Of a stretch of DNA of 52,323 nt, positions 1 to 12,100 are shown one piece after another. Both the position numbers and the translations under genes were made by a program. Origin of the DNA: Toensbergia leucococca (taxonomy: Eukaryota); NCBI GenBank assembly GCA_022813965.1, contig JALDZS010000165.1, positions 1 to 52,323 on the forward strand, written 5' to 3'. The stretch's first letter is position 1. Every line of letters begins with the position of its first letter. The notes beneath the pieces were generated by a model. That model saw only the letters and a list, made by a program, of their open reading frames with translations. It did no database searches and had not been told where the DNA came from.

Positions 1-2
1 AG

Positions 3-995
3 GATTTGTAAGGTAGCTTGCCGTTTGTCTCATTCACTTCTGACTGTCTTAGCTCACACAGTCTTATCTCCCTTTCTTGCGTAAGTTCTACCCTTCAGAA
101 ACTCAAAGGCTAATGAAGTCTGATTCATGTTGATGATATCACAGAGTCTAAAGCGTCCCACCATAGAACTATCTTCTGATACAGAAGTAAGAGGAGTAAC
201 AGTAAGAGGTATCAGCTGAGAGTTCCGATGATTAAACTGCAGCCATGATACTATCTTATCACGGAAGTCTTCTGATATTGTCTGAGCCTTATGAGTAGAG
301 GATCTAATAGAGATTCCATGCCGTGTTCTGAATCCTTTAAATCAGTCAGAGGAGAACTTGAAGTCTTTGTATTTGATGATTCAATCCGTGGGATCTTTAA
401 TGACTTGATCTGAGTACAAAGATCCATATATGTGCTTTGCATTTCTAACAAACCAGCGACGTCCTATAGTACGGCCCTCCTTTTGACGTTTCAGAAACTG
501 TTGATAAAGAGAGTCTTTCATGGCTGGTTCCTGAGCTGTAACGTGTTGTCTATTCTTTCTCTTTCCTTTGTTAAGATTCTCCACATCTTTCCGTCCCTTT
601 ATCCATTTGTTCAACATTGTTGACGTTATCTTAAGCTTCTTAGCCGCCTCATACTTGATGATCAACTTCATAACTCCGTTCTTATCAGGCTTTGTGAACG
701 TGGTAGCATAGGTAATAGCGGCTAACTTTTGCTCCCGGGTATATGAGACTCTGATTCTTATTTCCTCATCACTATCATCCTTGAAAGGTGGAGGTGATGC
801 AGGCTTTTGCTGTGAAGAAGAAAAGAAAGAGTTGATAATTTGAGCTTCAAGAACTGAGGAATGAGATAAACGAGAATATTTGATACTCTTGTTGATGAAA
901 CTGTCAGGCTTTGGCCCCGGCCGATGACGACGAGTAGGTGACATAAGATCATTCAATTTGACCTGTTTCTTAGAGGGAGTGTGAGGGGGAGCCAT
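3..995 (-). pseudogene. pogo-type transposase (HTH + CENP-B/Tc5 HTH + start of DDE_1), inactivated
   Basis: ORF 381-1091 (YTREQKLAAI...AAKKLKITSTMLNKW...) continues in frame through TGA stops at 381-383, 342-344, 54-56 and 30-32. It reads FKFSSD*FKGFRTRHGISIR...IINMNQTSLAF...TYARKGDKTV*AKTVRSE*DKRQATLQI, matching the pogo NMDQTP / SGWDKRQAT motifs. Confidence 0.9.
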
Positions 996-1134
996 GATGG
1001 GTAGGTAGGTAAGATAAATGAGATGTTGAGGTGTTGAGGGAGTGAGATGAGATGTTAGAGAGATTAGTAGTGAATTTGATGATTTTCTCAAGTGAATGTA
1101 TTGATCTCACTCAAAGACCTTGCGCGAAGAACTG

Positions 1135-1180
1135 TATATAAGATACTACTGGTATATAAGATACTACTGGCCTATAAGAT
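1135..1180 (+). repeat. Short tandem repeat (18-bp TATATAAGATACTACTGG x2 plus a partial copy), probable transposon subterminal repeats
   Basis: Read directly in the sequence; lies between the transposase start and the putative element end. Confidence 0.7.
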
Positions 1181-2451
1181 ATGGTTCCAAATGGCCTTCA
1201 GACGACAAACTACTTATAAGGGCCGAATCTTATATGACAGATTATAGGGTAGGTATCTTCCTAACATTACTAATAAATCACCGCACAGGATATATAGGGA
1301 GCTCTTCGGTGGGGTCAACGATTAAATGGATAGCCACAAAAACTGAATCGTCGTGAGAAATGGCTAAAACATCTTCCATCTTCGAGGGGTCGAGGTCCAA
1401 AATGTCCTGTCTCTAGCAATGCTATGCTACAAAATATTCGAACAAGGACCTTTTCTGACTCCCATTTTGCCGTTTCTCCTCAATTTGCTAAGAAATGCCT
1501 TGCCCAGCTGAATGAATGTAATGGCCTAGATGTTAATTGTAGATTGACTCTCGCACCTGAGAGCCTTGAGTTTATCTGCTCAGCTTTGCAGAAGGTCTCT
1601 AAAGAGTCAGAACAACCCATGTATGACATTTCATACCTGGAAACAAGCCACTTGACAAGCTTTACAGCATTGCGGACTCTTTTCTGCAGCATACCTAGAT
1701 GCCCAAACATCAAATGCCTCTTGACAGGTTGGTAGTGAAAACATTTGAGGGGGGATGGGGGTAAAGTCAATATGTAGATGGCGCAAAATGAAGAACAGAG
1801 ATGAACTTTACTTTACTTGACTTTAGCAGTGACACTGGTAGGCGAGGCTGGCTTTTAAACAAGGCATTACGACGCTTGATTGCTACATAGAAGCCTACTG
1901 CGGCAGACTGACTCGTTGACATCATTGAATGGAAAAGACAAGGCTCTGATGTGAATAGCCAGCGTCAAATCTTGGGGCCTGCACACTGCCTCACTTCCGA
2001 GGGAATGCTACCGGACCGGATGACTTTATTGGACCGTGATTTCAACCTGATAGCAGAGCAGTCCAGATTTGACTGCTACTATCAGACGGGGATTGCCGAG
2101 TATGGACTAGTAATGTCCTTCCATCTGCGATTTGCGTCCACTTCCTTCTGATTTTCGAAAAAAAACGTAAGCACAGAAGTTCTCCTATGGGCAGGACCGA
2201 ATTCTCTGTCGTTTGAATGTGGCCACCGGTTTGTTTTCCGAGATTTGTGTCTAATTATGCTCTTTTCCAACCTATGCATAAATTCCTGAAGACATTACGA
2301 AACGATTTCTGTGGCTAAATGAGCTACATGCTTGACCTTAATGCATCAAGCTGCTTAGTGAACAAGTGTAGTAGTCAGCTTAGTGTACACTTGGAGGACT
2401 CCGCCAATCAACCGTCTTTCATCTTGACAGACGCACCCTTTAGCCTGGGTT

Positions 2452-3862
2452 TCAGGCAGGATGAGCATCCTTGATGCTCAAATTAACGATGAAGACAAGA
2501 AGAACTGATGTGTATCTACGCTCTCATCAGCTGGGCAAGTCTCATGATGCTATTGCCATAAAATTGGAATCGTAGGCTTACGCAGCAGTTGCACCCAATA
2601 TCTCATGTCGCTTCGCTCTCGTAAAGGATGAGAGCATCGCTGCGAAGAGCATGGCGCATGCCAGCACAATGCAAATGAACACAGAATCCTCTATGTGGGT
2701 CCCGAGTCGAACGGTGACATAATAGGTACTAACGAGGGGTATGATAATAAGAAGGAGAATAAACATGCTGGTCCAGACCTTCATAATTAAGTCGATCCGC
2801 TGTCTTAAATGCATCCGTGGACCCTCGGATTTCGTTCGTGTGCGCTACACGAAAGCACCGTGTAAGCCATCTTGCCCAGTTCATTGCAATAGATAGAAAC
2901 AGAATTACCTGTGTAGCAAAGAGAAACTATACCCCAAGTCAGCGGTCAGACCAGTAGATGTATAGATATCAATTTTGACAAAACTTACCTTCAATAACCT
3001 GCTCTTAGAGAACTTCATCATGATTGTTTCAACCCAAGCGTCTAGCCGGGTATTCTCACGGGCTGGTTTCAAGGTGGTAATGTCATCCTTAAGATGTATG
3101 AAATCTTCACTCGGAACGATGGGATCGGTATTTTGTATGTAATTCTGCACGCTGATGTAGTCACGATCTTGTGGCTGCCCAATAGCCAGGAGCTGTCGCA
3201 TTTGGAGGATTAAAGCAGCTAGAAATTGTCAGCACAGATTTGGGTTGTGGCAAATGTATTCATAGATGGGGTTTACAATATTCTTTTAGCTTAAGCTCCA
3301 GCCTTTTCATGAATTCATAACGAGTTTGGCGGTCATCAAGATCGGTTCGATCGTCGTCGGCAACTCGTGATCTCAGGTAATTCCTTGCTTCTTCTGGGCC
3401 AATTTGATCCCACTGATCCAAAGTGGCAAGTTCATCTTCCATTTCTCGGAGTTCATCTTGCTTGTAGAGCAGTAACCTGTTGGACAAATATCCAAAACGA
3501 CGGCACATGGTGAAATCTTCATCGCTGTCTAGAAAGGCTGCGAGGCGTGGGTATCCTGACGGTTTACTCTCAACTTCAAAGCAGAATCAGTGATAAAACC
3601 TTATCGTTGCTATTGTGGTAGACCCACGCGACTCAACCTCAGGCTGTTGATGGCGTTGGAAGAACTCATTGACTCTTCGTCCCAACCTCACAAAAGATTC
3701 TGTTTGTCTAAGAGGAATCGGCACTGCGGTCAGCTGAAGCCCATGGGAAGGTGTATCGTGAGCTGTTGGTTCGGTATTCTTTAGAAGCCTACGCTCCTCC
3801 ATGAGTAGGTCCACTTTGCCCTCTTCCATGAGTCGGTCTGCGTTATGAAATGGCTCCATCAT
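2452..3862 (-). CDS. DUF6594-family multi-pass membrane protein (multi-exon; start uncertain)
   Basis: Exons give GYPRLAAFLDSDEDFTMCRRFGYLSNRLLLYKQDELREMEDEL..., then hydrophobic segments ending AKRHEILGATAA|YTSVLLVFIVN, typical of DUF6594. GT-AG introns join ORFs 3260-3508, 2905-3201 and 2578-2814. Stop TGA at 2452-2454. Confidence 0.8.
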
Positions 3863-4467
3863 GGTAAAATGCCTTCCTCCAAGTCTTCTGAAGGTATCGT
3901 GGGGGGCTTGTGCTTGGGCAAGGATGCGAGATTCCTACAAGCATATTCAGTCGCTCTGGAAACACTCGGAAGCTCCAGGCCTGAGGAGTCTAAGATCATG
4001 AATCAGGTCAAGCTGTTCCTTGGAATTGAGATTTTGTGGGTCGACGTCTCTCACGTCTCCCTTAGCCTCAGCCTCAGCCTCGCTTCTCAAGATCCACTCG
4101 AGACTCGTCGCCCTCGCCACAAACACAGCCCCAACCTCGACATCCCTCCCAAATGCAAACCTCAAATTCATATAAGCCACGCCAGGCTCACTCCTGTTTC
4201 CTGATGATGAGCGACTCTCGTTTCTCTTGCCATGAGAGATTTGCCTCGAGAACATCGTCTTCCAAGTCCACCCTCGCATTAGCATGGCATGACTGCACCC
4301 AGGTTCGAAGCCGAAGCATCCTCGTTTCCTACATGACTGAGCAACAAAGAGTCGACTTTTGGCTGCAAGGATTAAACCCTACCTAGCCGACAAGGACTGT
4401 CACGGTCACTGCATCTCGAAGTACCTCAATAATACGACGCGCCACTTACTGCTAAGAATCTAATACA

Positions 4468-5408
4468 ATGGTGCTCCCACTCTGTACAAGTATTAAGGGA
4501 ATCAATATGGATGGTCAGTCTGTAACACTTAAGATTCATAGAATTCACATGCTCCCACCAGATGAAGCAAGCTCCTCATCCCAACCAGTGCCACCTGGAG
4601 CACCATCAGCGTCTATAACTTTCACGCCTACAGAACCGTCTCCGTTGTACGAGACTCCGGGTACGCCTCAACTTCCGCTCTGAAGCCCCTCTCCCAGCTC
4701 CTGCGCCCAGCAAGAAGTAACCCGGAACGCTCGTAATCATGAGGAACAAGGCTCAGGACTTGATTCCCAACGGTCTGTAGACACTGCCCGCCGAGCCCGT
4801 TGAACCCGTCGAACTCGTTCAGCCTTGACTGCAGGTACCCAGTTGTCGTCACAATCTTCGAAAGCTTCCCACCATACCAGGAAGAAGAGTGCTTGGTTCA
4901 CCTGGTTGCAAAATCTAGCAGCTTTAGCATGCATGGTATCCCTAATCATAACAAGTTTCTACGCGGTACGGATGTATATGTTGGCCATGTGGACAGCACG
5001 GAAGGATGCAGTTGAATATTGTCAGAACATACAAGTTGGTCATGAATTTCCACATCTTGGTTCTGTTCTGATTGTGGTACTTTTCAGCAGATGAACAACA
5101 CGCCATCATGGTGTTTCAATGTTTCAAGAGGAAATCTTGAGTCTATACCCTATGCCGATGTTCACAAAAGAGCGATCCTCGATCTCTCAAGCCAGGCGAT
5201 GAACAAGCTACTACCCCTTCATCAAGATTCCAAATCCTTTAAACTCCCAACATGTAAAATTCAGTCTTCTTGGGACATGCAGGGCATCATCATATTCACG
5301 TTTCTGATTGGATATCTCACTGGACAATCTGATACAGGTCAGACTGTTCTGAAAAATTTTCTTTACGGCTCAACATTACCTATCCTTTCCCAATATCGCT
5401 TTTCATAG
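4468..5408 (+). CDS. Hypothetical small membrane protein, possibly degenerate
   Basis: Hydrophobic segment LQNLAALACMVSLIITSFYAVRMYMLAMWTARKDAVEYC, a probable intron (~5035-5090), then ORF 5091-5408 with a second hydrophobic stretch. The 5' frame is not continuous. Confidence 0.35.
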
Positions 5409-7172
5409 TGAATTGCGTTTGCGTTTCACTTTACTGCTATTCCTGAATCCTGTGGGATTTTTGCAAATCAGCCTTAGTTACGAAAAATTACCAGACTATT
5501 TGCATAAAGTAAAAGGCGCAACTCAGTTACGCTTTAATTTACTGCAACCCTTGGCATATCAGAAGTTTCTGAGTGCATTTGACGCGGTTCTAACCCTCGG
5601 GAACTACCTACAGAATTATATGGCTCGGCGAACACAAGCTCTCTCTACCTGCATAACATGCAGCTGCAGAATAGAGATTACCTCAGCAATTTAATCTTCT
5701 GTCTTCTTATCTTTACATGACTCTTGGAATAACTCCCTACCTTTTTAAGTTTTTCTTCAACTTGGTTTGATAAGGCCATTGTACGCGCATTGAGAATAGA
5801 GAGGAGCCGTGTTCGCAGACAGGCGGGCTGGTGGGTAGGTGGTCAATCCCTTCTTTACATAACGGGAGGCAAGAATTTGGAGACGAAGACTAGGCATGTA
5901 GCTTGCATTTTGTACCCGGGACAGCGTTCGTTAAGATGCAACCAATCTTGCTGGCACGTTCTGGCCGGAGTGGGGGCGGATGACGTTGGATGTTTCCGAC
6001 CGAGATTCTTCGATTGGTCTGTTGTATCATTAAAGTTTTATATGTCTTAGGTTAAGGTGCCTCGTGTCCAGGCAATCTTGGTAATGTAGGTAGGTAATGG
6101 CCGGAGGTCTATCGAGTACCTAGGTAGACTCGGCTGGTGCCGTAGAACTAGATGGCCCGCAGATTCCGATTCCGATTTCGATTCTAGATGCGGGGCAAAG
6201 CAGCGTCTCAATTACAACTCCCATCTCTGCATTGTCCCTTTGCGTTTCCTTTTCCCTTTCCCCGCTTTTGCTGCATCTTTGATATCCCATCTTGCATTAC
6301 CATTGGTGACATGAAGTTTCCTTAGGCAAGCCACATATCGACACATCACTAACGCGTGAACGAAGCACCTGCCCCACTCCTCATCTCTGGGACCTCGGAC
6401 CCTGATACCATCGGCGACCCACCCTTCAGCCGTCAATCTGCTTACACAACCGTTTTCTTCAGCAGACTCTTCATTTGCTTGCAAGACTTATTCGCGCCTC
6501 TGCTCGGTGGAGTACACTAGTACTTTTCAGCTTTCCTTGTCTCTTTTCCCTCTTCTCATTTTAAGTAAGCAGCTGTTTGAGACTATATCTTCTACTTCAG
6601 CTTCAAGTTCTTTCTCGAGCAAACAGAAAAAACCCTTTGTCCCGCTTCATCTTCTCTGTGTGCATTAGCGTGTGCTTGATGACGAACTTCTTGACTCCTT
6701 GATCAATATCATTACATCAGTGGTGTGTCTCAAGTCATGGTCCAGTAGGCTATCGTTACTCCAGCCGCTTCTTGAGTAGTCGAATATCCACGGCCTCGAC
6801 TTTCCATGCAATTCTCTTCTGCAGCAAGCTGAATAGCGCTAGGTAGGGAACTTTTCACTATGTTTCCGACGGTGTGATCCGATCTTGACCTTGCAGATGG
6901 ACAAACCAATGTTCATCAAAGCTCTCGCCCGGCACTAGCGTGCGTTCAATCCATTAGGGAAGGATCATGAGAGATTATCATACTAGACGGACTGCTAAGT
7001 GCTTGTTCACGGTCAAGAGTCTCACCAATTGGTACCCTGTCTCTATTCTTACTGGTTCCTCCCAACAGTACATATGCATGAAGCAGTAGATGAGATCTGC
7101 GAGCATGTCCGGTCCACGGGCGGCTACGCTGGTAATTAGGTAAGTTCAGAAGCGTTAGATTGCCTCCAAGAA

Positions 7173-7182
7173 GATATATATC
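7173..7182 (+). promoter_or_regulatory. Possible TATA element of the lectin gene
   Basis: GATATATATC about 105 bp upstream of ATG 7288. Confidence 0.3.
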
Positions 7183-7287
7183 TCAAGTCTTTCGCAATTG
7201 ATGTGTCCATAGACTCCCTCCAGAGCCAAGCAGCCCTGATAATTCACTAAAGCTTTGGATATCCCCAAGAGAACCCACCTTGTAACC

Positions 7288-8427
7288 ATGGCACCCTTAC
7301 TCAAACTTACCACTCAAGTATTGCTAAGCTTGAAAAGCACAGAGCTTCCTCCTTATGGAGTGTGCCACGAAAGTCAAGCATACTTGACCGGTGCTGGGGG
7401 AAAGGGCGGCCCAAGCCTTTCTGCTATCTCATGGGGCTACAACCGCATGGATGTCTACGGGTCCGACAAACAGTCCGGCGAACTCAACCACAAATATTGG
7501 GACGGTTACCAGTGGGGGCCATCTGTCGCGAGTCTTGAGAGCCTTAGTGGGAGCGGTGGTCCACCATCAGCGGTCAGCTGGGGTCCAGATAGAATGGATG
7601 TTTTCACCGTAGGCACCGACGGCGGCGTTTCTCACAAGTACTTTGATGGCTCGAAATGGCAGGACTGGGAAAGCCTTGGTGGGGACCTGGACGTCAACTT
7701 CACTCCTGCTGCGACGGCATGGGCTCCCAATCGCCTGGATGTCTTCGGCATTGGAGAAGACCAAAGCATCTACCACAAATACTGGTCCGGATCGAGCTGG
7801 GGACCCGAGGGGACGGATTTTGAAAGCCTAGGTGGTCAAATGATTAGCGCACCTGCTGCTGTCTCATGGGGTGCCAACCGGAGTGACGTTTTCGCCGTCG
7901 ATGCCTCCACCAAGAACATTTCTCATCTCTATTGGGACAGCACCAACTGGAGAGGCTGGGAGAGCCTCGGTGGCGGTGGCGCATTCTCCGCAACCCCAAC
8001 AGCGATTTCCTGGGGCGAGAATCGGCTCAACGTCTTCGCTGTTAGCGATAGTGACGGTACACTTCAGCACCAGTACTGGGACGGCAGCCAGTGGTCCGCA
8101 TGGGAGAACCTCGGCGGTACACTCACTGGCACAGTCGCAGCCACAAGCTGGTCTACCAATCGCATCGATATTGTCGCTTTAGGCCAGGACTCGACATATT
8201 ACTACAAGTACTGGGACGGTGCGCAGTGGAACCCGGACGTGCAGGGTTGGTACCCCAAGGGTGGCAGCTTCCTCTCGTCGCCTTCGGTCGTCAGCTGGGT
8301 GGAAAACCGGTTGGATATCTATGGCGTCGGGGCGGATCAAACGTTGATGCATCAGACTTGGTATGGGAGCGGGTGGTATCCCGGATCGGATTCGTGGGAG
8401 AGTTTGGGCGGATCGTTGGTAGTGTGA
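7288..8427 (+). CDS. Seven-repeat Trp-rich beta-propeller protein, PLL-like/fucose-binding lectin family
   Basis: Seven repeats with cores SWGYNRMDVY, SWGPDRMDVF, AWAPNRLDVF, SWGANRSDVF, SWGENRLNVF, SWSTNRIDIV and SWVENRLDIY. Each is followed by an H/Y-K/Q-YW-type motif and most by a WESLGG-like turn. First ATG at 7288; uninterrupted ORF. Confidence 0.85.
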   Translation: MAPLLKLTTQVLLSLKSTELPPYGVCHESQAYLTGAGGKGGPSLSAISWGYNRMDVYGSDKQSGELNHKYWDGYQWGPSVASLESLSGSGGPPSAVSWGPDRMDVFTVGTDGGVSHKYFDGSKWQDWESLGGDLDVNFTPAATAWAPNRLDVFGIGEDQSIYHKYWSGSSWGPEGTDFESLGGQMISAPAAVSWGANRSDVFAVDASTKNISHLYWDSTNWRGWESLGGGGAFSATPTAISWGENRLNVFAVSDSDGTLQHQYWDGSQWSAWENLGGTLTGTVAATSWSTNRIDIVALGQDSTYYYKYWDGAQWNPDVQGWYPKGGSFLSSPSVVSWVENRLDIYGVGADQTLMHQTWYGSGWYPGSDSWESLGGSLVV

Positions 8428-8849
8428 GGGCTGGCTGAGAGAAAGGGGGTTTTCGAACTCGGTTGTGTTTTTAGGGTTCTGTTGTAGGCCAGACTGTAAG
8501 TGCGAAGGCTGCGAAGGGGGAGGCTGTTGATTTGGTGTACAAATGGCCCTGGGTTGGATGTGTACCTAACCTGAGCAATTAAATACGCTCGTTTCAAAGT
8601 AAGAAAGCAGATCAAAACCACCCCCTTTTTTACCCTGAGTGAACCGGCTAGACTCTGTGTGAATGCTTGAGATGAAAAAGAAAGAGAAAAAAAAATGAAG
8701 GTATATAAAGACTGAGAGATTTTGTACTTTTTGTTATCTTTTATGTTAGATGATATGATAGTGTCTATGATAGCTTATTATGTCTCTCTTTAAGAGACTT
8801 GTTCATTCTTTTACAAATTATACAGCAGCTGAGGGTGACTGCTCTGCAG

Positions 8850-9134
8850 TACAAAGTGATTGAAACTGACTTTTTCAAATTCAGATTCTTTAATAGTCAG
8901 TGTGCTGAGCATTTATTTAAAAGAGTAACCTCTGACACAGTTAATTTCTGCCCCTTTGCATAATCTCTCAATTCACTCTGAGTCTAAATGTACTTCCTCT
9001 GATACAAAATGATTGAAACTGGCTTTTTTAAAATTCAAATTCTTTAATAGTTCAGTGTGCTGACCGTTTGTTGAAGAAACTCTTGCAGTGCCAAATTTTT
9101 GGCCTTGCATGATCTCCTCATTCACCCTGGCCTA
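8850..9134. repeat. Diverged tandem duplication, ~135-bp copies (8850-8986 and 9003-9134)
   Basis: Both copies read TACAAARTGATTGAAACTGRCTTTTT..AAATTCARATTCTTTAATAGT..CAGTGTGCTGA...TTGCATRATCTC...ATTCACYCTG. Confidence 0.85.
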
Positions 9135-12100
9135 GGAGTCTTTCTCTGAACTAGACTCTTCACCCACAATGTCAACAGTCTCTTGCACTCTCAAAACATT
9201 GACTAATTCGTCATCATCCCTCTTCAAAGCCTGGTACAGGACACTTGCCCCGGTTCCACATCGAGCGTTGACATCCGCCCCTTTCTCAATGAGCAGTCTA
9301 AGCAGAGCCAGCCTCTTATCCAATCTCTTGACGCCTCCAGTGAGACGTTGGATTTCATTGTCGATAAAGTTTTGTTTGTCGAGATCTTTGTTGCGAAACC
9401 TTTGAAAAGAAGCTTCTTGCAAGAAATTGCTGGATTTCTAGCAGACATTAATGTTTATATCATCATTGAGTTCATTATCAGCTATCTTAAAGCAGATCAT
9501 GTTCAGAGCAGTCTTAAACTGAGAATAATGACTGTTTACATTCACACTGTGAGTAATTAAGAGATCTGTGACATTCACTTGGCTGTATACTGAAGCAGTA
9601 TGCAGAGCAGTTGAGCCAGACTCGTTTGCCTCGAGATTAGCACCTCTTTCCACGAGGAATTTCACCATTTCTTTGCCACTATACGATGAAGCCATGCGCA
9701 CAGCAGCGCTCTCTGATGCATTGATATCCGCACCATTTTCGAGCAGTACCTTTGCCGTTTCTATGTGATCTTCTTTGCCGTAGAAAATTGCGTGCAACAA
9801 GGCATTGTTTGTCCCATTCTGACCATCGACATCCGCACCTGCCTTGATAAGAAGCCCCACCACGTTATGGTGACCCCGACCAGCAGCTTCGTATAAAGCG
9901 GGACCGTAATGTTCTCCAGTGGCATTAACATCCGCGTCTCTTTCGATAAGAATCTTCACGGTTTCTTCGACCTCCTCCTTTTTCAAGTTGCAGCATGCGG
10001 CGATCAATGCAGTGCCATATTTCCCTCCCCAAGTATTGACATCGGCCCCTTTGAGATGCAGGAGGGTCACAATCTCCCCATAGCCATGAAGTGAAGCTGC
10101 TTGTATAGCATTGCCGCATGATCCCCCCACAGCGTCGGTTTTTGCACCCTTCTCGATTAGGGTCCTTACTATATTTAGTCGTTCAGCAGCTTCCCTTGGC
10201 CCGGAACACGCTGCAATCAGTGCAAACCCGCAACAGCCTCCAAAAGCGTTGACGTTGGCATCTTTCTCGATCAAAAGATTCACTACGTTCGTACGAGCCA
10301 TATATGAAGCGATGTGCAAAGCGCTACCAGCTGTCCCCACAAGAGGGTCAGCTTTCCCTCCCTTCTCTGATGGACTAACAAGTAATATCACTCTCTAGAC
10401 TCACCTGCTTCGTCGAATGAGTCATGACCACCATTTGCTTGAGCCTCGAAATCAGCCCCCTGCTCGAGCAAGAACGCCACAATTTGCTCGTAACCATGTA
10501 ATGTAGCCTCTTGCAAAGCCGTCCAGTTGTAAAATCCAGTCGGGGCTTCTAGATCGGCACCTTTCTGGACTAAGAAGCTTGCAAGTTCCCACCTACCATG
10601 AAAAGAAGCATGCCATAGGGCAGTTCCACGTCTTATGATTTTTCAATCGATGTCAAGTCCAGCTTCAAGAAGTAGTTGGACTATATCGAGACGGTTCGAC
10701 TGCAAAGCACACTCAAGAGGGCCTGTTTGGTATCCATCTCCCCATGAAGGATCTGCTCCTTTCTCGAGAAGAACACGAACCACATCTGGAAATCCTCGTT
10801 TTATTGCGATCATCAGAGCAGGACAATTTCCAACAACGATTCCACCTTTCTCTTGTATAGCGTCGATATCCTGAGCCTGGCTCGAAAAGCTCTCAACAAC
10901 ATCATTCAATCCAAAGTATGAGGCTACACCAAGTCTATCAATCCCAGATAGAAGATCAATATCATAATCGTTGGTAAACACGGAGGCCCAAGTGAAATAA
11001 AAAGTGCTGCTTGGATCGCAAATAAGCTCAGCATCGGTGTATAAAATAGAGCGGTGTTCGAGGTCCTGCTGGCGATAGTGATGAGCCCAATTCAGAGCAG
11101 CATAGCCCAACAAGTGGCAAGTCTGGAAAGCCTCCCCTACAAAGGTCTCAACGGGCATAATCTGGTGCAAATCAAAATCCTCGGGTAGTCTATTAGGCAT
11201 CAGCTTGGCATTCTCTGAAGAGCAAGCGCGTGTCTCCACAGGCTCAAGGATACCAACGTCGGAGGGCGTGCTGCTCCCTTCCTTATTGCCATTTCCGTAT
11301 TTGTCTATTTGAATGGCAAAGTCCGATAACATCAAATAGTTGAGACAGATTTGACACATCAGTCCGTATGCACTCGATACATATAGACAACCCTTCCAGT
11401 TCCTCGGAGTAGATGCACTGTTGACGGAACCTTTGGCATTCATTTGCTGCGTGGCGATTGGAGTAATGGCAGGGGTCTTGACAATCAGGAACTCCCTGAC
11501 GGTCTGATGGAGCACATACAGCTTGCCCTCACGGGTCGTCACTAGAAGGCCACATATATTTTTCGCAATGGACGAAAACACCTCGGACGGCCACAGATCC
11601 AGTTCTTTATGAGAGCTGCCTTGCTCGTGGTGTGTCGCAAGCGCTAGTGCAATGTTTGCCTCTTGAAGCGTGAGAGGTCTGGTAGCAGCAACAATGATTT
11701 GTAGCAGCAGCTTAGCGCTCTCTGCGTCTTCACTTCTGTTCAAAATCATTTCGTAGGCATCCGAGATCTCGTTTGGAAGCTCCGAGAGCAATGAGTAAAT
11801 GCTCGACGGTTTTGAATACTTGATGCCAGACTTCTGGATGATATCTACTGTAAGGAAGAGCCACAGATAGGTGCGATTCTTTTTTCTCTTCAAATTATCC
11901 GAAATGACTTGTTGTTCTTCAAAATCAAATTTCCGGGCAAAAATCTTGACTTGAGCATCAATCACCAGATTGATATCATGACCTATTCCGGCCGACTGAT
12001 CATCGCCGTCAAAGTGAATGTACGAGCTGGTATTTGGAAGCTGCTCAAACTGGTCCTCTATGTCCTTATAAGGCCGGCTGGTTACAAGAACTTGAGAGTG

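Larger units (their letters stand above)
1..1249 (-). mobile_element. pogo/Tc5-like (Tc1/mariner superfamily) DNA transposon relic, truncated by the window edge
   Basis: Contains a transposase pseudogene and repeated TATAAGAT motifs at 1135-1232. A putative terminus (minus strand TA|CCCTATAATCTG) lies next to TA at 1250-1251. The other end is outside the window, so the TIR cannot be confirmed. Confidence 0.75.

Noticed and set aside
3947..4285. Additional 5' exon of the DUF6594 gene
   Set aside because: It is on the same strand and plausible, but it ends in a stop and no clean splice to 3862 could be established.
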